A stretch of DNA of 64,000 nucleotides from Lama glama (lineage: Eukaryota). The stretch covers positions 14,572,001 through 14,636,000 of the forward strand of contig CM052817.1 in NCBI GenBank assembly GCA_028534125.1, in the 5' to 3' direction. This document shows, one piece after another, positions 26,164 through 40,298 of this stretch. Made by a program: the position numbers and the translations under genes. Position 1 is the first letter of the stretch, and the number at the start of each line of letters is the position of its first letter. The notes under the pieces are model-generated. The model worked only from the letters and a program-made list of their open reading frames with translations, ran no database searches and had not been told where the DNA came from.

Positions 26164-27739
26164 CATGCGGCCTAGAAGTGGCCAAATTCAACGAATGGAA
26201 ATACTGTACCTATCGATAATATTATCTTCTCCAAAATTTTGAGTATCCTTTCTAATATGTTTCAGACAGTAATGCACCTTATTCTCCCTCAGTATTGACC
26301 GGATAGAACTACCACTCTGTCTCAATGGTGCCGGTATCTAAACTTATTTCCTAGCTAACACATCTATGAACAATGCCTTTTTAAGCCCTTTTGGAAACTG
26401 TGGGTACAACTGACAACCTCAAAAGGAAGAGTTTGTCAGGCACAACCTTGGCGCACAAATTCTTGGTGCTCTCTGCAGATGTTTCACCCGTCACACATGA
26501 CATTAATGTCTTTCTGCTCTAATGCAGAAGGGAGTTGTACGTGTTACAAGGTTTCTTTGCTTTGTCTTGAAATCACCGACAGTCAACAGTCCTGGGAGTG
26601 CTGTCTGCAGCCCTGAAAATGGGCTTTTTTTGTCTGAGCTGGGCTTTTGGTCAGCAGAAGGCTGAATACAAGGGCATCTTCTACACAGATATTCCCTGGC
26701 TCACAAGTTCACGAGTCTTGAAGGGCTCGATTGTAATTTGGGCAGAAGTTGCAGTTTTTATGAGAAAAGTCAGTCATATTCCCAGACTGGTCAGAAAGGG
26801 TGGGGTTCATTTCTGTCTTGGCTCAGCTGCCAGCTATCTGGGCCCTTAACAATGAGGTAAATCATTTCATTGGAAGCTCTGCAGTCACCTTTATAGATGC
26901 TGCTTCTGGACAACTGTAGCTTCCACCGGCCAACTTGCCTCATTGGAAGGAGAGACCAGAATCCAAAATTTGTGAAAACTCTGCAACACTGGAGGACGTG
27001 TTTCAGCAGGCTGAAGATGAAAATGATAACATCTAGTCAATTTGTCCGAAGTCTGCAGACACTCAGAAATGCTATAAAAGTCTGATGAAAATTACTTCTG
27101 CCGAGAAGGAAAAAGGATTCATCATTCTTTCCCTGCAAACATACATAGCATCAATGATGAAACTTCTGGAAAGATACCCTCATTGTTTTGAGGACAAGGG
27201 AAATGAAATCATGAATTCAACCTCAAAAGAAAGATTCTCAGAAATATCTAGCATTTCGTGAGACCAACTACCCTCACATCACAAAGAACATGTGAAAATG
27301 AATACTGAGTTTGCCTCGTGTGACTTTGTAAATTGAGGTTTTTAGCACTTATCTCTCAGAGCAAATAGATATCAAAGATCTCTGCATATTGCAATTTCAG
27401 AAACCTCTTTATAATCTTAGCATCTCATCAAAATCAAACAAAACTGAAATTAGTACAATTTAGATCTCTTTCAACTTTTTTTTCAGGAAGTAGGTATGCT
27501 TTTTAAGAAAAAAAAGAGTGAAAAATTATAGTTCTTAAAAAAGATTGTTTCTTTTTTTCACTGTGAAATAAATTCCCAATCAATCACTTTCATTACACTA
27601 ATATCAGTTTTGTTTCAGGGGGCAGAATCAGGCCCTAATAAAACTGGGGGCACGTGTCTATCTGGATTTCCGAGTCAGTATGGAGCAGTGGCTGCTAAGT
27701 ATCTTCCATATCCCTGTTTTGGAATTAGAGGGTTTACTG

Positions 27740-28326
27740 AAAATATCCTATCCCAGTGTCATCACTACATATTGGCTGTGTCAGGGGCAGAATCACTTGC
27801 CCTTATTCCATGGTCTTCAGACTAAGAGGAATTGTGACCAAGGAAATAAATTTACTGGTCCTCCTCCACATCTGGACCTGATTCAGACTATGAGATCCTT
27901 GACCTGGAGCCTAAGCCTTATGGTCTAATAGGTAACACTTTGAGAGCGGTTGGGAAGGAGAGCATATTTTGCAAGTAGAGGGATTTAAAAAAAAATCTGT
28001 GGCCAATGGGCAGTATAGTGTGTTTTATAAAACATGACAAAATGTGTTGACCTTTTCCTAGAGGTAAACTAAGCCTGGTTCTCCAGCGACATTCACTCTG
28101 GGGAAAGCCGGATACTGTGCAAGATGTCCAGTTTCCCTCAGACTAACTGTAAAGGCCAAAGGTAGATATTCCAGAGGTCAGGCTTGCTGAGCTCTCAGCG
28201 ACCACCAGCAACAATGACCAGTCATGGGAGTGAGCCACCTTGGAAGTCCAGCCCTGATAAGCATACTGATGTCTGATACTAGCTGCAACCACATGAGAAA
28301 CTCCAAGTAAAAATGGCCCAGCTGAG
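27740..28326 (+). mobile_element. MaLR internal 3' end plus MLT1H-like LTR fragment
   Basis: gagatccttgacctggagcct…tattttgcaagt…tgtggccaatgggcag resembles an MLT1-int end; then gagtgagccaccttggaagtccagccc…gctgcaaccacatgagaaactccaag…cccagctgag. Confidence 0.6.
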
Positions 28327-28700
28327 GGTCAGCTAGGGAGCTCTTTTCATCTTAGCTGAAGTTGCTCACGTGTCTAGCATCAGCTGTTGCTGGGTGAAAT
28401 AAGATGGCTTCAGCTTTACATGTCTCTACTCCACACGTCTCTCTCTTCTTTCATCAGGCTAGACCAACCATGGGCTGGTGGTCAAGTCAGAGACACGAGA
28501 GGAAGGGCAGAAACCCTCAAGGTCTCTTTCGGCCAAGGCCCAGAACTGGCACACTTTCACTCCCACCTCATCCTGGAGGGCACTCACAAGAGGGACAGGG
28601 AATCTACACTCCACGGCTTCTGCGAGACTAACTGCTAAGTCACAGGGCAAAGGGCAGGGATACAGGGAGGGGTAAAATGCCACCAGAGCAATCTCCCACC
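28327..28700 (-). mobile_element. Old MaLR LTR (MLT1I/J-like)
   Basis: caaggtctctttcggccaaggcccagaactggcacactttcactcccacctcat…ctgctaagtcacagggcaaagggc. Confidence 0.6.
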
Positions 28701-29229
28701 ATCACAGTCTCCCACCATCACCAATGCTGCACACAGAGGGCAGAAAGGAACTTACCAAAAGGAATCCAAATTGCCAAAAGGAAGGTTTAAGTTAATTCTA
28801 AGAAGCCAATTACAACAATAAAGTAAACTTTTTAAAAAAATATAACATGCATATGTGTATTTGGATTTTTTTTTTTATTAAAGGATCTGGTGAGTTTTCA
28901 TCAGATTCTTCTATCAGTTTTAGACTGGAAAGAACAACACATACAGAATCAGAACACACGCTGGCAGTTCAGCCCCGATGTTTTATCCGTTAGAGATCTG
29001 ACGTAGTTCTGCACCATGAGGGCCTTCAATTCCTTGTCTGTAAATGGAAGGTTCTGCTTTGCTGCTTACCATTTATTGAGAAGGGCCTCCCTTTATTCCT
29101 CCGTTCTTAGAAGGCCTCTGTGGACGTGCAACTTATTGAGATATTAGTTTGTGTTTAGTTCTCATGTATTTAAAAAGTCAGCATAGCAAGATTAAAAGGG
29201 GAGACAAAAAATCAGGCAATTAAACCAGG

Positions 29230-29370
29230 CCATTAAAATCTGCATCTGCCATTGATTAGCTGTGTAAATTGGGCAGTTTACTTAACCTCTCTGTGGTGGC
29301 TTCCCTATCTATAAAATGGAAACAATAATAATGGTATCTACCGTTCAGTTTACTGTGAGGTTAAATGAGA
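29230..29370 (+). mobile_element. MIR core
   Basis: tagctgtgtaaattgggcagtttacttaacctctctgtg…atctataaaatggaaacaataataatggtatctacc…gtgaggttaaatgaga. Confidence 0.85.
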
Positions 29371-32149
29371 GGTGGAAATCAGGGACCACTGCTGGAACTC
29401 TTTCTCTAGCAACACACCAAGGCAACAATCCAGAGATGGGCTGCCAACATCCTGACCCTAAGACCTTTTCATCCTCTTCCTCCCACATCCTCCTCTCATC
29501 ACCCCTCCAGTCCTAGCAGCTCCATATCAGAGACTTGCCACATGAAGACCAGGACTATAGCCATACTTGAGGACAGAAAACAGCAGCCTTGGAGAGATGG
29601 CCTCTGCCCTACTCTACCTTCTCAATCTCAGGTGAGTGCATGATATTAGTGAAAATCAATTATATTCAGAACTACCACTGCAGAGGAGCCCAGGAAATGC
29701 AATACCTTTCCAACCTCTGCAGTAGACCGAGGCCCCCCACTCCCCACAGGCACCCTACTCAGTACATCAGGTTGGAAGCCATGAAGCAAGGGGAGTGAAA
29801 TTTCCTAGACAGGGTGTCTTTGTGTAGATCCCACAGAGCAATAGTGACAACATCACCTTGGAAAAAAGAGTCGGCACACACTCTTTCAGGTCCCACTTCA
29901 TCTCTGAGAGATATTAAGCATATTCAGCCTCATTAAAATCCCAGTACTCTCCTCAAAGATGCTGGTGAAAAATTCATGAGACAATGGATAGGAAAGCAAT
30001 TATTGCAATAATGGTAGAGCAACTGAATTCCATTGAGGAATAATCTGCATTTCCAAGGTCAGGGAACGTGCCCTGTTCTTCGATATTCTCGTGCGTGGTA
30101 CCTGACCTGGAATTAGATGTCAATACATATTTACAGGCTGTACCAACGAGAAAGTACCATTCTACTATGTATGACAGGGTTGCATTGAGGGGATGGAGGG
30201 AGGGGAGGAAAGTTAAAAGAAAGAACTTCTTTTACAAAAATCCTAACAGAGAGGACATCACCTTCCTCTGTGGAGGATCAGACTTCACCTTAACTGGAGG
30301 GAGATTTCTAAACATCAGCAGTCTTCCTAGTGCAGAGTTAGTTCTAAGGAAACAGGATGTTATGGGCTTTTCAGATTAAATCACTATTCAGTGCTGTGTG
30401 GGCTTCTAATTTTATGTCTACATTACTTATGCCTTCGCCGATTTCGTAAGTTTCTGAAGCTCACCTTCATAAATGACAACCTTCAGGATCAACAGGACAG
30501 GCATAGTGTCAACGGGTTCATTTGCTGCTTTGAAAGCTATCATATCATCCATATCTGAAGACATCAAAGAATCTGTGGGAGGCGAAGCAAGTCCCCTATT
30601 TTCTTCCTAGAATCAGACCATGTGCCAAGTACAGGGCAGTAAACGGAATACAGCAAACATTTCCTGAACCTCTACTACGCCACTCACTCTGCCAGGCTCT
30701 ATACATAAGAACATCATCAAAGAGACAGCGCCTCCATGTCAGTTGAGCTGTAGCAGGGCCACACTCTCACAGAGACAGCTGTCGCACATTCCCCTCTGGA
30801 CCACGATGTCCTCACCTCTAAAAGAGGAACCGTTCCAGAGGGCTATAGAGCTAACAGTACAAAAGCGAAATGTGGACAGTGCAAAGCACTCACTACATGG
30901 GGTGATTACGAATACTGAGCAATTTGTAGAGTTTCAATTATTGAAACAATCGGTCCGTTGATGTTAGTAGACAGAGAGATGTTTAAAATACAAATTTCAT
31001 TATGTGAAAATGACTTTCCATTTGATTAATCTTCAAAAAAGTTAACATGGGAAATACTGATGACAGGTCAGAGGATACAAAATAAAAGCAAATTAGTATA
31101 AGGAGTAAACTCAAGAATTAGAAACATTTCTAGAATTTATGCTTGAAGTCCAGCAGTCATCCCACGTCTTTTGAAATTAGCAAGAGTCACTAAGAGTCTC
31201 TTTACAAGTAAAGGGAATCTTTACAGTAACTTTTATGGAAATTTTTACTTTGCTTTAGCTGATAAAGACCCATATCAGAGAGATAAAATATCTCTAGAGA
31301 AAGAAAATCAAATTACATGCATTATAAACTTCAGACTTACAGACGGCAATATCAAATCTGGCTTATCTACAAAAATTACAAATCATGGAGTTGAATTTTA
31401 AATTATTAAAGTTTTGATTTTAGTGACTCCTTAAAGTCTTTAAAAAAAAACAGTTGTTCACAAAACAAATGATTTTGCAAAATCTAACTTTTCAATCTAA
31501 GTGCCAGACTCCATATTGATTTAGCCTACAAACCTTCCTAGGTCATGACGCCTGCAGAGGAGATAATGTTACCTACATCGCCAAGGGTAGGTGCCGTTTT
31601 AGATACAAAAGTAATGACTTTAACATAGAAGAGACATAGACGAAGAAGCTTGCTTATCATAACTCTAATAACAAATGGTGATGGAAAAACCTTATTTTAG
31701 TGAGAACTTCCAACCATGGTCTAGGACATGAGAAAGGAAAGCTGAACTTGAGAACGAGTGCTGTCAAAGGGTTACTGCTTCACCTCTAATTTACTTTGTC
31801 TTAATTAATAATTCCACATGATTGCCTATTCTCTGTCCTCTTCAAATCTTCCTTTGCCAGCTTCATCATATGGGATTTTTCTCCCTCAAGAGTGCAGAAC
31901 TGAAAGCAGTCTTCACAGGTCTCCCTTCTCTGCTGTCTCTTTGTTTAAAGAATCTACCACCACAAAAAAATATGAACGTCAACAAGAGGCTTTTACAAAG
32001 CTTTGAAATCTAACAAAGTTCTCTAAAAGCAGCTGCTATCGCCTAAGGCCTGACTCTGTGCTGATGGTACCTGAAACCCCGCATTAATCCCTTCCCTCCC
32101 TTTGATTTCCGAGACTGTAATTCACCAACTTCATCCTCCCTTCACCCTC

Positions 32150-32615
32150 TGGGAGGAGATTTGCTGATCATTTGCCTGTTTTCCCTGAGATCTATGCCCC
32201 ACCCTCTCCCTAGTCTACTTTGAATGCCATGGGTGGCAACCCCCTGCCAATCATTTCTAGGTCCCCTTGACACCTGCCTTCAGGTGGGAAGCACAGGAGG
32301 AGACTGAAGGGCAGGAAGGAGAGAAAGAGAAGCCAGTGCATTTCTGCCCTATCTCTCCGCTTCGGGCACTGTCTCCGGAGAGGCTGCCTGTCTCTCTCCG
32401 GTGCTGCCTCTGCAGCCCCAGTTCCCTCAGGCAGACCTGCATGCTTCCCGCTTCTGCTGGAGGCCCAGCCCCTCCTTCTATCCCTTCAACCCTCGGGTTG
32501 GTAGCAGCTTCCCACAGTGGCAATTCCTTAGGTTCCCTCGCCTTCTGGTTGCACTTAATACTTTTATAAACGCATGTCATACATTCCTTTAATTAAATCA
32601 CCTTGCATGGCTTCT
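32150..32615 (+). mobile_element. ERVL LTR, LTR33-like
   Basis: gggaagcacaggaggagactgaagggcaggaaggagag…cccttcaaccctcgggttggtagcagcttcccacagtggcaatt…ttttataaac resembles the recalled LTR33 family. Confidence 0.6.
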
Positions 32616-33074
32616 GCAGGCAGGCAAAATCCTCTCTGAGAAAGGATGATATGCTGGTGATTTTTAAGTCATGAAAAGCCTCAAAAAGGGTCACTGGACT
32701 GCCTGACAGGAACATTTTTCATACCTCCGCTTCCGGTGTGAGAGCCACTACAGTCACTAGGAATGCCGGAGAAAGTCAGTGAAGGTGTTACTTCCAGGAA
32801 TTTCAGAGGACCCGAAACTGGGGGTTCAGACTTCCCTCTGGGCCTTGATGGCATCAGTTAGCCAAACTCTCCAACAGCATCTTACTGTGTGATCTGGGCA
32901 ATTTAATTCTCTTAATTTCACATAAAGTGGTAACACAAAGGTAGTTCCAAGCCCCACCCCAGCCCTAGCACAGCCTCTCAGTTCTCCCCACGCAGCAGCT
33001 CTGGAGAAGCTACCACATCTGGATGAGGAGCCCGGGAACCACGTCACTGCTCAGGGACCTTCAGATTAAGACTT

Positions 33075-33600
33075 TTCCCAAATTCTTTCTTCTGGAGCTT
33101 CCCTGTTGAAGTCAATAGCAATCTTATTCCATTTGTTCCTCAATTCCAAATGCCTCGTGTCACCCATAACACTCTTTTTCCATCACACCCTACATCTAAC
33201 CCACCAGCAGGTCCAATTGATAAGACTTCTCCCCACCTTCTCTAACCCAGCGTACCACAAGTCATCATCATCTCCTGCCTGGGGACAATGGCAGAAACTC
33301 CAAAGTGATCTCTGCTTCTTTCTTTACACTCCTACAATCTCTTCTCAACACAGCAGCTAGAGAAACCCTCCAAAATAGCAACTGCTTTTTATTATTCCTC
33401 TACTTAAAACTCCCGGGTCGCTCCCCAACACTCTCTGAGCAAACTAAAAGTCTTTATCGTAAGATCCATAATAGCTGATACAATCTGCCCTCCTTCTCCT
33501 CTCTGTCCTTATTCCCCCCACCACTCGCCTTCTTTCTCCTTCCATTACAGCAGCACAGCATCTGCCCTGAGCCCCAAACGTGCGAGTAAGCGCCTCCCTC
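33075..33600 (+). mobile_element. L2 fragment
   Basis: catcatcatctcctgcctgggg…tcttctcaacacagcagctagaga…cctctacttaaaactccc. Confidence 0.7.
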
Positions 33601-35039
33601 CTATAATCACCACTAGAACACGTCGTAAACCAATCAAAGAGCAGAGACATGCAAGAACGTGATTGATGATCCATCAGAATATAAAAGTTAGATGGGGAGA
33701 AAATTTGCAAAGGTCCTTGAGAGCTCTCCCCACCTCGCCCCCCTAGCCTTGGAAATGCTCAAATGCCCATAGAAAAGGGTCACTAGTGGGTCCTTATGTT
33801 TCAAAGCCTCTGTCCAAGCTTTGCCTCCTGTCCTCTGGTCGGGATCCTGGTGCTCCATCCAGATCTAAATTTTCCCTTTTACTCAGTTTTTGCCACTCAC
33901 CCCAGCCTGAGGAGGACTCTCCATCTGTCTGCCTTCTGTCTTCCAGAATTCCCTTTGCACCATTATTTGTTCCCCAAAGGCAGGTCATACTCCCACCCCA
34001 TGCTGGTTCCAGCCCTGCAAATTACAGATTCTAAATAGCCTAGTCCCCTACTTTTTGAACAGAAATAAAGGTAAGCATGAGGACCACGCCACTGACTAAC
34101 CAAAATAAAAATGAGAAAAATACCAGTCCAGACCTACATTAGGAGTCATTGTAAGACTGTGTTTTTGGAATACCTAACAACCTAGCTTGCATTAAACTCC
34201 ATGGAAACACAGAATTATATGCCTCAAACATCTGGTTTGTGAGCTTTAAAAATTAGTCCCCGAAGCCATCGGGATGGGGTAACCTTTGAACTCTCTGGCT
34301 GAAAGAAAAGAGCAGGCAGGGAAATCATATTGACATAGAAGTATTTATTATCTGTAGGACTCAGGAACTTAACAGAAACACAGACAACATGGAGGACAGT
34401 GAAACAAGATGTAATTTTGTGAAACCTGGACTCGTGGGAAGGAGGCACACGAAAGACCAGAAGTACTTCTTCTCTCACTGTCCCCCCCAGACCATGAGCA
34501 AGGAGGCCCCAGCCTGCATGCCCGGGATTCTTGCTCTCGTCCTCTCCCTGACAAAAGCTGCAGCAGGTTTTGTTGAAAAGGGACAACAGTATGAAGTGTG
34601 GCCATCCCTGCCTGCCACTCAACCCCCCACCCCCAGCTTCTGTGAGGATGAAACACTCCTGAACAAATACGGCATATACCCTGAGACGGGGCATTTCACC
34701 GAATCCCAGGAGAGAAAGCAGAACTGGGTTCAGTCACAAAGGTGGCACACAGATCCAGCTGGGTTCCCCACTCCCCTAAATGCTTCCGATTCCAGTAAAT
34801 AAAAGCCTGGTGCACTGTATCCAAGGAGGCTGAGAGAGTTAGATAAGGAAAATCAGAGTCAAGGAGAACTCACTCCACTCCGCTGTTTATCAGAACAAAT
34901 AGAAGCCTGGACAGAGTCTCCATGGTTAGCATAATCAGCTAGAGGAAGAGAGAGAAAAAGGAAGGAAGCAAAATGGAGAGAAAAGAAAAGAAAGAGAAAA
35001 GAAATGATGGAGAGACCAAGGATGGAACATACAGCAAAG

Positions 35040-35501
35040 ATTTAGGAGACCTACATTTTTCATGCCATGGACTCGTTCTTAGCATATTCTAAATGAATAA
35101 AATGACATACATATGATTGTCAAGGAATCTAATTTCACTGTAAATACAGTTACCCGGTGTTAAAGCAACACATTTCTGATACAAAATACATACGCTTCTT
35201 TACTATCTATTCCATTAAATAACAATGTACAGTGGTAGGTGTGACAGTTTCAAAGCAGTAAGGGACACGCCATTTCAAGATATGAGCAACATCTGTAATG
35301 TCACGAACGGGACAGTATCTGTGCTTTCCACTGATGACAAGGTCAAGTACTGCTAATATCACCCAAGGATGTTGCCTAAATTCATAATGAAAGAGCAGTT
35401 AAATTTTAGTTAGAGATTAATGAAATTTAAAATGCAATCTTTTCTCTAAGTCCAACCAAAAATCCTTTGGGAGTCCATGGACCCCATAACCAGAACCCCT
35501 G
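35040..35501. mobile_element. hAT-Charlie DNA transposon remnant (MER119/Charlie7-like)
   Basis: gccatggac near the left end and gggagtccatggaccccataaccagaacccctg at the right end; internal atttcaagatat…tgatgacaaggtc…aaattttagttagagattaatgaaa. Confidence 0.65.
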
Positions 35502-36771
35502 TGAGAACTATACATAAACCAGGGAACAAAAGAAAATTTCCTACGGCCTCACACTGAGACTGACTGTGGAGAGGACGCCTGTGGAAACTTTTGCTCAAAG
35601 AGTTTCCCTGCTATTACTCTCCCCATAAAATAGTACAATATTCAAAAACTCTCTCCCTCATAAAAATGAGAGAAATACGGCTTTGCTACTTGAAGAACAA
35701 CCCAGCTAAGTGACTCTAAGGATGGCTACTACAAGGCTAAGTCGTGGATTTCGTTACGCAGTGTGTTTTGCTGTTTTGAGTGGCCTGGGTTTTGGTGTGG
35801 TTTTCATCTGTTTGCTATAATCTGTAGAATGGGAACATGATACCTACCCCACAAGGGGGGCTGTTGCCCCAACACCTCTTATGTGAATTTCCCTTCCCTT
35901 CATGGTCCTTGCATACCAGTGAGATCTTTGGATCGTGTTTCTAACAAATACAAGCCCCTAGTCACAGGGGATGAAACCTGAAAACTGACTGAAGCAGATC
36001 TGTCTTTACAACTTGAAAAGTAAAGCATAAGGTCTTGGCAATCTCAGATAGCACTGGACACTTAATTCCTAAATGCTGACATTTTATCTTTTGGGAGAAG
36101 TGTATTTTTACAGGGTTCATCTTTTTCTGAGTAGAAAATTATGTTCGGATTTTTAATATGAATTACTTACATCCAAAGAGATCTTTTAAAATGCTGACAG
36201 GAGATTCTAGAAACACTTAAATTCTAAGTCTGAACCGGTTCCAGCATTCATTAAAATAATGGTAAAAGGAGAGGGGCTGAAAGGACTACTTTCTTCTGTC
36301 TGAAATTGTGTATGAACCTTTTAAAGTCAGGAATCGGGGGAAAACACAGGGAAGAACGAGTAATTCTCAATTTGGCAAGGGCATTTCCTTCATGCAGGAG
36401 ACAGTAGCCCAGAGTGAATATATAGAAGCAGTTACATCATTGTGGTTTGGTGGATGATTCTAAAGCTTAGCAAAATGTAAAATTAATTTCTAATTTTTTT
36501 TTGCTTCAGTTTCCTCTTCAAATCCCTATTCTGTATTTTTTTTAAAAATCTGTATTTACTTTAGTTGGAAGCATGTTGTTCCTGTTTCCAAATACTTGTT
36601 TTTTGTTCAGATTTAAATTAATTCTTCTAAATGTTTATCAGGCTTCTCTTATGTGTCAGAAACTGCTAGGAACTTAGAACACAAGATGGAACAATAAATG
36701 GTCTTTCCCATCAATGGATTTAATAAGGCAGATGGCCCACATCAAAATAAATTGCAAAAGACCCATGGATG

Positions 36772-37442
36772 TATGGAAGAGAAACCTGCACTCCTACATT
36801 TATTGCAGCTTATTATGCATAATAACCAAGATATAGAAACAACTTAAGTGTGTCAAGGATAAATGGATAAAGAAGATGAATTTTACATGTATATGTAATT
36901 CAGCCATGAAAGAAGGAGATCCTGCCATTCAGGACACGGTGGACCTTGAAGGCATTATGCTCAGTGAGATAAGCCAGAGAAAGCACTGTGTGGTATCACT
37001 TAAATGTGGAATCTACAAAACTCGAATTCATTAAAAATAGAGTAGAAGAGTGGTTACTAGGAGCTGAGGACAGGGGAAACGGGGGGAGGTTGCCTAAAGG
37101 TACAAATTTGCAACTAGTAGATAAGTCCTGGAGGTCTAATGCGTGGCACACTGATTACAGTGAACAATACTGTATGATGAAGTTCAAAGTTACTATGAGA
37201 CTAGATCTTTATAGTTCTTGCCACTAAAAAGAAATGTTAATTATGTGAAGTGATAGAGGTGTTAGTTAATGTTACGTTGGTAATCACACTGTGATACAAA
37301 AATGAATCAAATCAACACCTATAAAATGTATCAAATCAACACCATGTAAACCCTAAGCTGACACAATGTTATATGTCAATTATTATCTCAATAAAAAGTA
37401 ATTAATTACATATCAACAAAAATGCTTACCTAAAATAAAAAT
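36772..37442 (+). mobile_element. L1 3' end (L1MA9-like), nested
   Basis: ggaccttgaaggcattatgctcagtgagataagccag…aaaggtacaaatttgca…tgttatatgtcaattattatctcaataaa; flanked by the 13-bp direct repeat agacccatggatg. Confidence 0.85.
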
Positions 37443-37870
37443 AGACCCATGGATGGATGAATGAAGATAATATGATATATACATCCAATGGAATATTACT
37501 CAGCCTTAAAATAAAGAAAATCCTGTCATATGCCACAACATGGATAAATCTTGAGCATATTTATGCTAATTGAAATAAACCAGTCACAAAATGACAAATA
37601 TTCAAATACTGCATGATTCCACTCATATGAGGTATCCAAAATAGTTAAAACTCACAGAAAAGGAAAACAGAAGAGTGGTTGCCAGGGTGGCGGGGGAGGC
37701 AAGTGAGGACTTGTTATTCAATGCGTGCAGCATTTCAGTCATGCAGCATGGGGGGCTCTGAGAGTTTCTTGCACAACAGTGTATATGCGGTTGACAATAT
37801 CTATACACTTGGAAAGTGTTGGGAGGGTGATTTATGTCATGTGGGGGTTCTTGCTACAATAAAAGATAAG
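37443..37870 (+). mobile_element. L1 3' end (L1MA10/L1MB-like)
   Basis: caatggaatattactcagccttaaa…tgccacaacatggataaatcttgag…actgcatgattccactcatatgaggtatc. Confidence 0.85.
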
Positions 37871-38035
37871 AAATAACTGCAACAGACCAGGATAGTGCTG
37901 TTAGAGAAATACTAAACATATAGGCTGGAGCATCAGGCCAATGGAGGGAGCACAAGGTTCCACCTGGGAGGTCAGGGAGCGCTTCCTAGAGGAGACACCT
38001 GGGATGAGCACCATGCACAAGACAGCACAAACCTT

Positions 38036-38380
38036 GGTATCGTAGCTTGAGCTGCCACAGCAAAACACCACCGACCGGGGGGCTTAAACAACAGACCCTT
38101 ATTCCTCATGTCTCTGGAGGCTGGGAAGTCCAAGATCAAAGTGTCAGCAGATCCGACTCCTGGTGAGTGCCCTCCTCCTGGCTGGCAGTCTGCCAGCTTC
38201 TCACTGTGTCCCCACATGGCAGAGGGAGACAGAGTTTTGCCCTCTCTCCTTCTTATAAGGACACTAGTCCCATCATTCAAGCCCCAACATCATGACCTCA
38301 TCTAAACTAACTACCTACCAAAGACGCCACCTCCAAATATATCACCTTGAGGGTTAAGGCTTCAACAGATGCATTTGGCT
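38036..38380 (-). mobile_element. MaLR solo LTR, MLT1A-like
   Basis: ggcttaaacaacaga…ctggaggctgggaagtccaagatcaaagtgtcagcagat…ttataaggacactagtcccat…catgacctcatctaa. Confidence 0.9.
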
Positions 38381-38534
38381 GTAATACTTGGCTTCATGGA
38401 CAGCAGGCAGTGGATGCAATAAATCTACAAGAAAGACCATGAGCCACAAAATTTCAGAATAGAATCAGAGCATTACTCCCAGATCAGTGCAACAAATAAT
38501 GCAGGACTGAAAGGAAACCCTAAGATGCTAGTGT

Positions 38535-38770
38535 TGCCTGGTGGTTAAGAACTTGTGCTCCAGATTCTGACTGAGGTGGAGTCAAACCCGGGCTCTCCTG
38601 GCTCTTATCAGCTGTGTGACCTTAATGCTTCTGACCCTCAAGTTCCTCCTCTGTGCAATGAGGATAATAATAATACCTACCTCATTAGGAATCTTGGAGG
38701 GCCGAAATAAGAAGTGCTCAGCACAGTGCCTAGCAGAGAATAAGTACTCAATAAACCTTACTGTGGTGGT
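38535..38770 (+). mobile_element. MIR SINE, near full length
   Basis: gtggttaagaac…agctgtgtgacctt…ttcctcctctgtgcaatgaggataataataatacctacctcat…gcacagtgcctagcagagaataagtactcaataaa. Confidence 0.9.
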
Positions 38771-40019
38771 TTTCATTATTTGTCCCAGGAATTACAAGTT
38801 ACTCAAGGAAAAGTAGAATTAAAGAAGGTTATGTCGCAAGGTGACTTTACAAGTATGACACTTGGTATCAATCGTGTTTGGAAGCGAGCCATGAAGAAAA
38901 ATAGACATAGCATCTGAACACACACACCAACACACACACACCAAACGAAATTTCTGCATAGCAAAATGAAGTAAATCCACTGCAGTACTAATTGCCTTAA
39001 TAAAGTCCATATCTGCAAAATTTTCACACGTTTATGTTAACATTTTACTGGATATCTTCTTCAGTGTTTCTGTCAAGATAAGACAAAAATAATAAGTGTT
39101 ATGTTGTTTAGATCTTTTAAATATTTAACAGCTTCAGTTCATCAAGTTCATTTTACTTTGTTTTTTAGTTGGCTTCAGTTTATTTCCCCTTCCTTACATA
39201 AGACATATCCAAGAAGTGCATTATCCAAAGTAACTTCATTACCGGAAGAATATTCATAAAAATGTTTCTGAAGTCCTGTGGTTTCATATAATTTGCACTT
39301 TGTTCTACAGCTTTTAGGACTAACGCATCTGATTTCAGAAGAGGAAACACTTTAAAACCCTCTCCCCACCTGTGCCGCTTCTTATAGATGAGTTATGCTT
39401 CTCCATGGGTGAGAGGTCTGTTCGAACTCCCAACCCAATTTTGGATCGAGACAAGTTGGACCCACTGAATGCAAACTCACAGAGAAGCTGCTCTCAACAC
39501 GGGTTTCTTGAAGAAAGCTGCAAGTCTCCCTGGCTCCCCCACCGTCTACTTAATTCTAGGCTATGAGACATCAGAGTTGAAAGAAACTTTACACACCCCT
39601 TGATCAAAGAGTGGAGAAATCAGGGTGCAGCCAGACGAAGTGACTGCCCAACAGCATGCAACCTCTGTAATGGCCAATACAAGTCCCAGAAATTTGCTCT
39701 GTCTGAACCCTGTATCCTCAACACCTCTACCCCATCAATAAAGCAAAAACACCTATTTAAATGTCCCTTCATGCTGCTTCCTTTTAGACAGTCACTCAAG
39801 GGCAGGGATGTTCCTTTCAAGGTCAAAGACAGCCTTACATTGAGTTGAGAATAAACCTAGGTGGGAGAGGGGCCAGCTCTGACCTGCTGTGGGTGGCCAG
39901 CACCAGGGATGGTTGACAGCCCAGGCTCCACAATCTGTTCTCCAACTTCAAATTCTTAACTTCCGACCTTGCCGTCTCATTCTTAAAAGGAAGAGAGTGA
40001 TGCTAGTTCGATGACAGTA

Positions 40020-40298
40020 GTGACCAGCCTTCAAGCCAACCATCCACCCCAATCAAGAAGCCAAATGTGTGAGTGAAGACACCATCTTGGAAATGGATCC
40101 CCCAGTCTCAGCTCTTTCAGCCTCCAGATATTTGAGTCTTCTTAGCTGATGTTCCAGACATTGCAGATAGGGGAAAGTCAGGCTCACTGTGCTTTGTTTG
40201 AATTCCTGACCCCCAGAATCTATGAGTATAACAAAATTGTCATTCGACACCACTAAATTCTGGGAAGCTTTGTTAGGTAGCATTAGTGAGAGGGACAA
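40020..40298 (+). mobile_element. MaLR LTR 3' part (MLT1G/H-like)
   Basis: gtgagtgaagacaccatcttggaaatggatccccc…tttgaattcctgacccccagaatctatgagtataacaaaa…ccactaaattctggg. Confidence 0.75.

Larger units (their letters stand above)
36615..38030 (-). mobile_element. L2 host element split by two L1 insertions
   Basis: Antisense L2 at 36615-36757 resumes at 37883-38030 (gggaggtcagggagcgcttcctagaggag). Confidence 0.65.

Noticed and set aside
34224..34802. Overlapping 137-156-aa ORFs (likewise 56014-56514 and 59069-59554)
   Set aside because: No recognisable domains. The 56014 ORF lies in L2, and the 59069 ORF is partly antisense to the RPS6 fragment.
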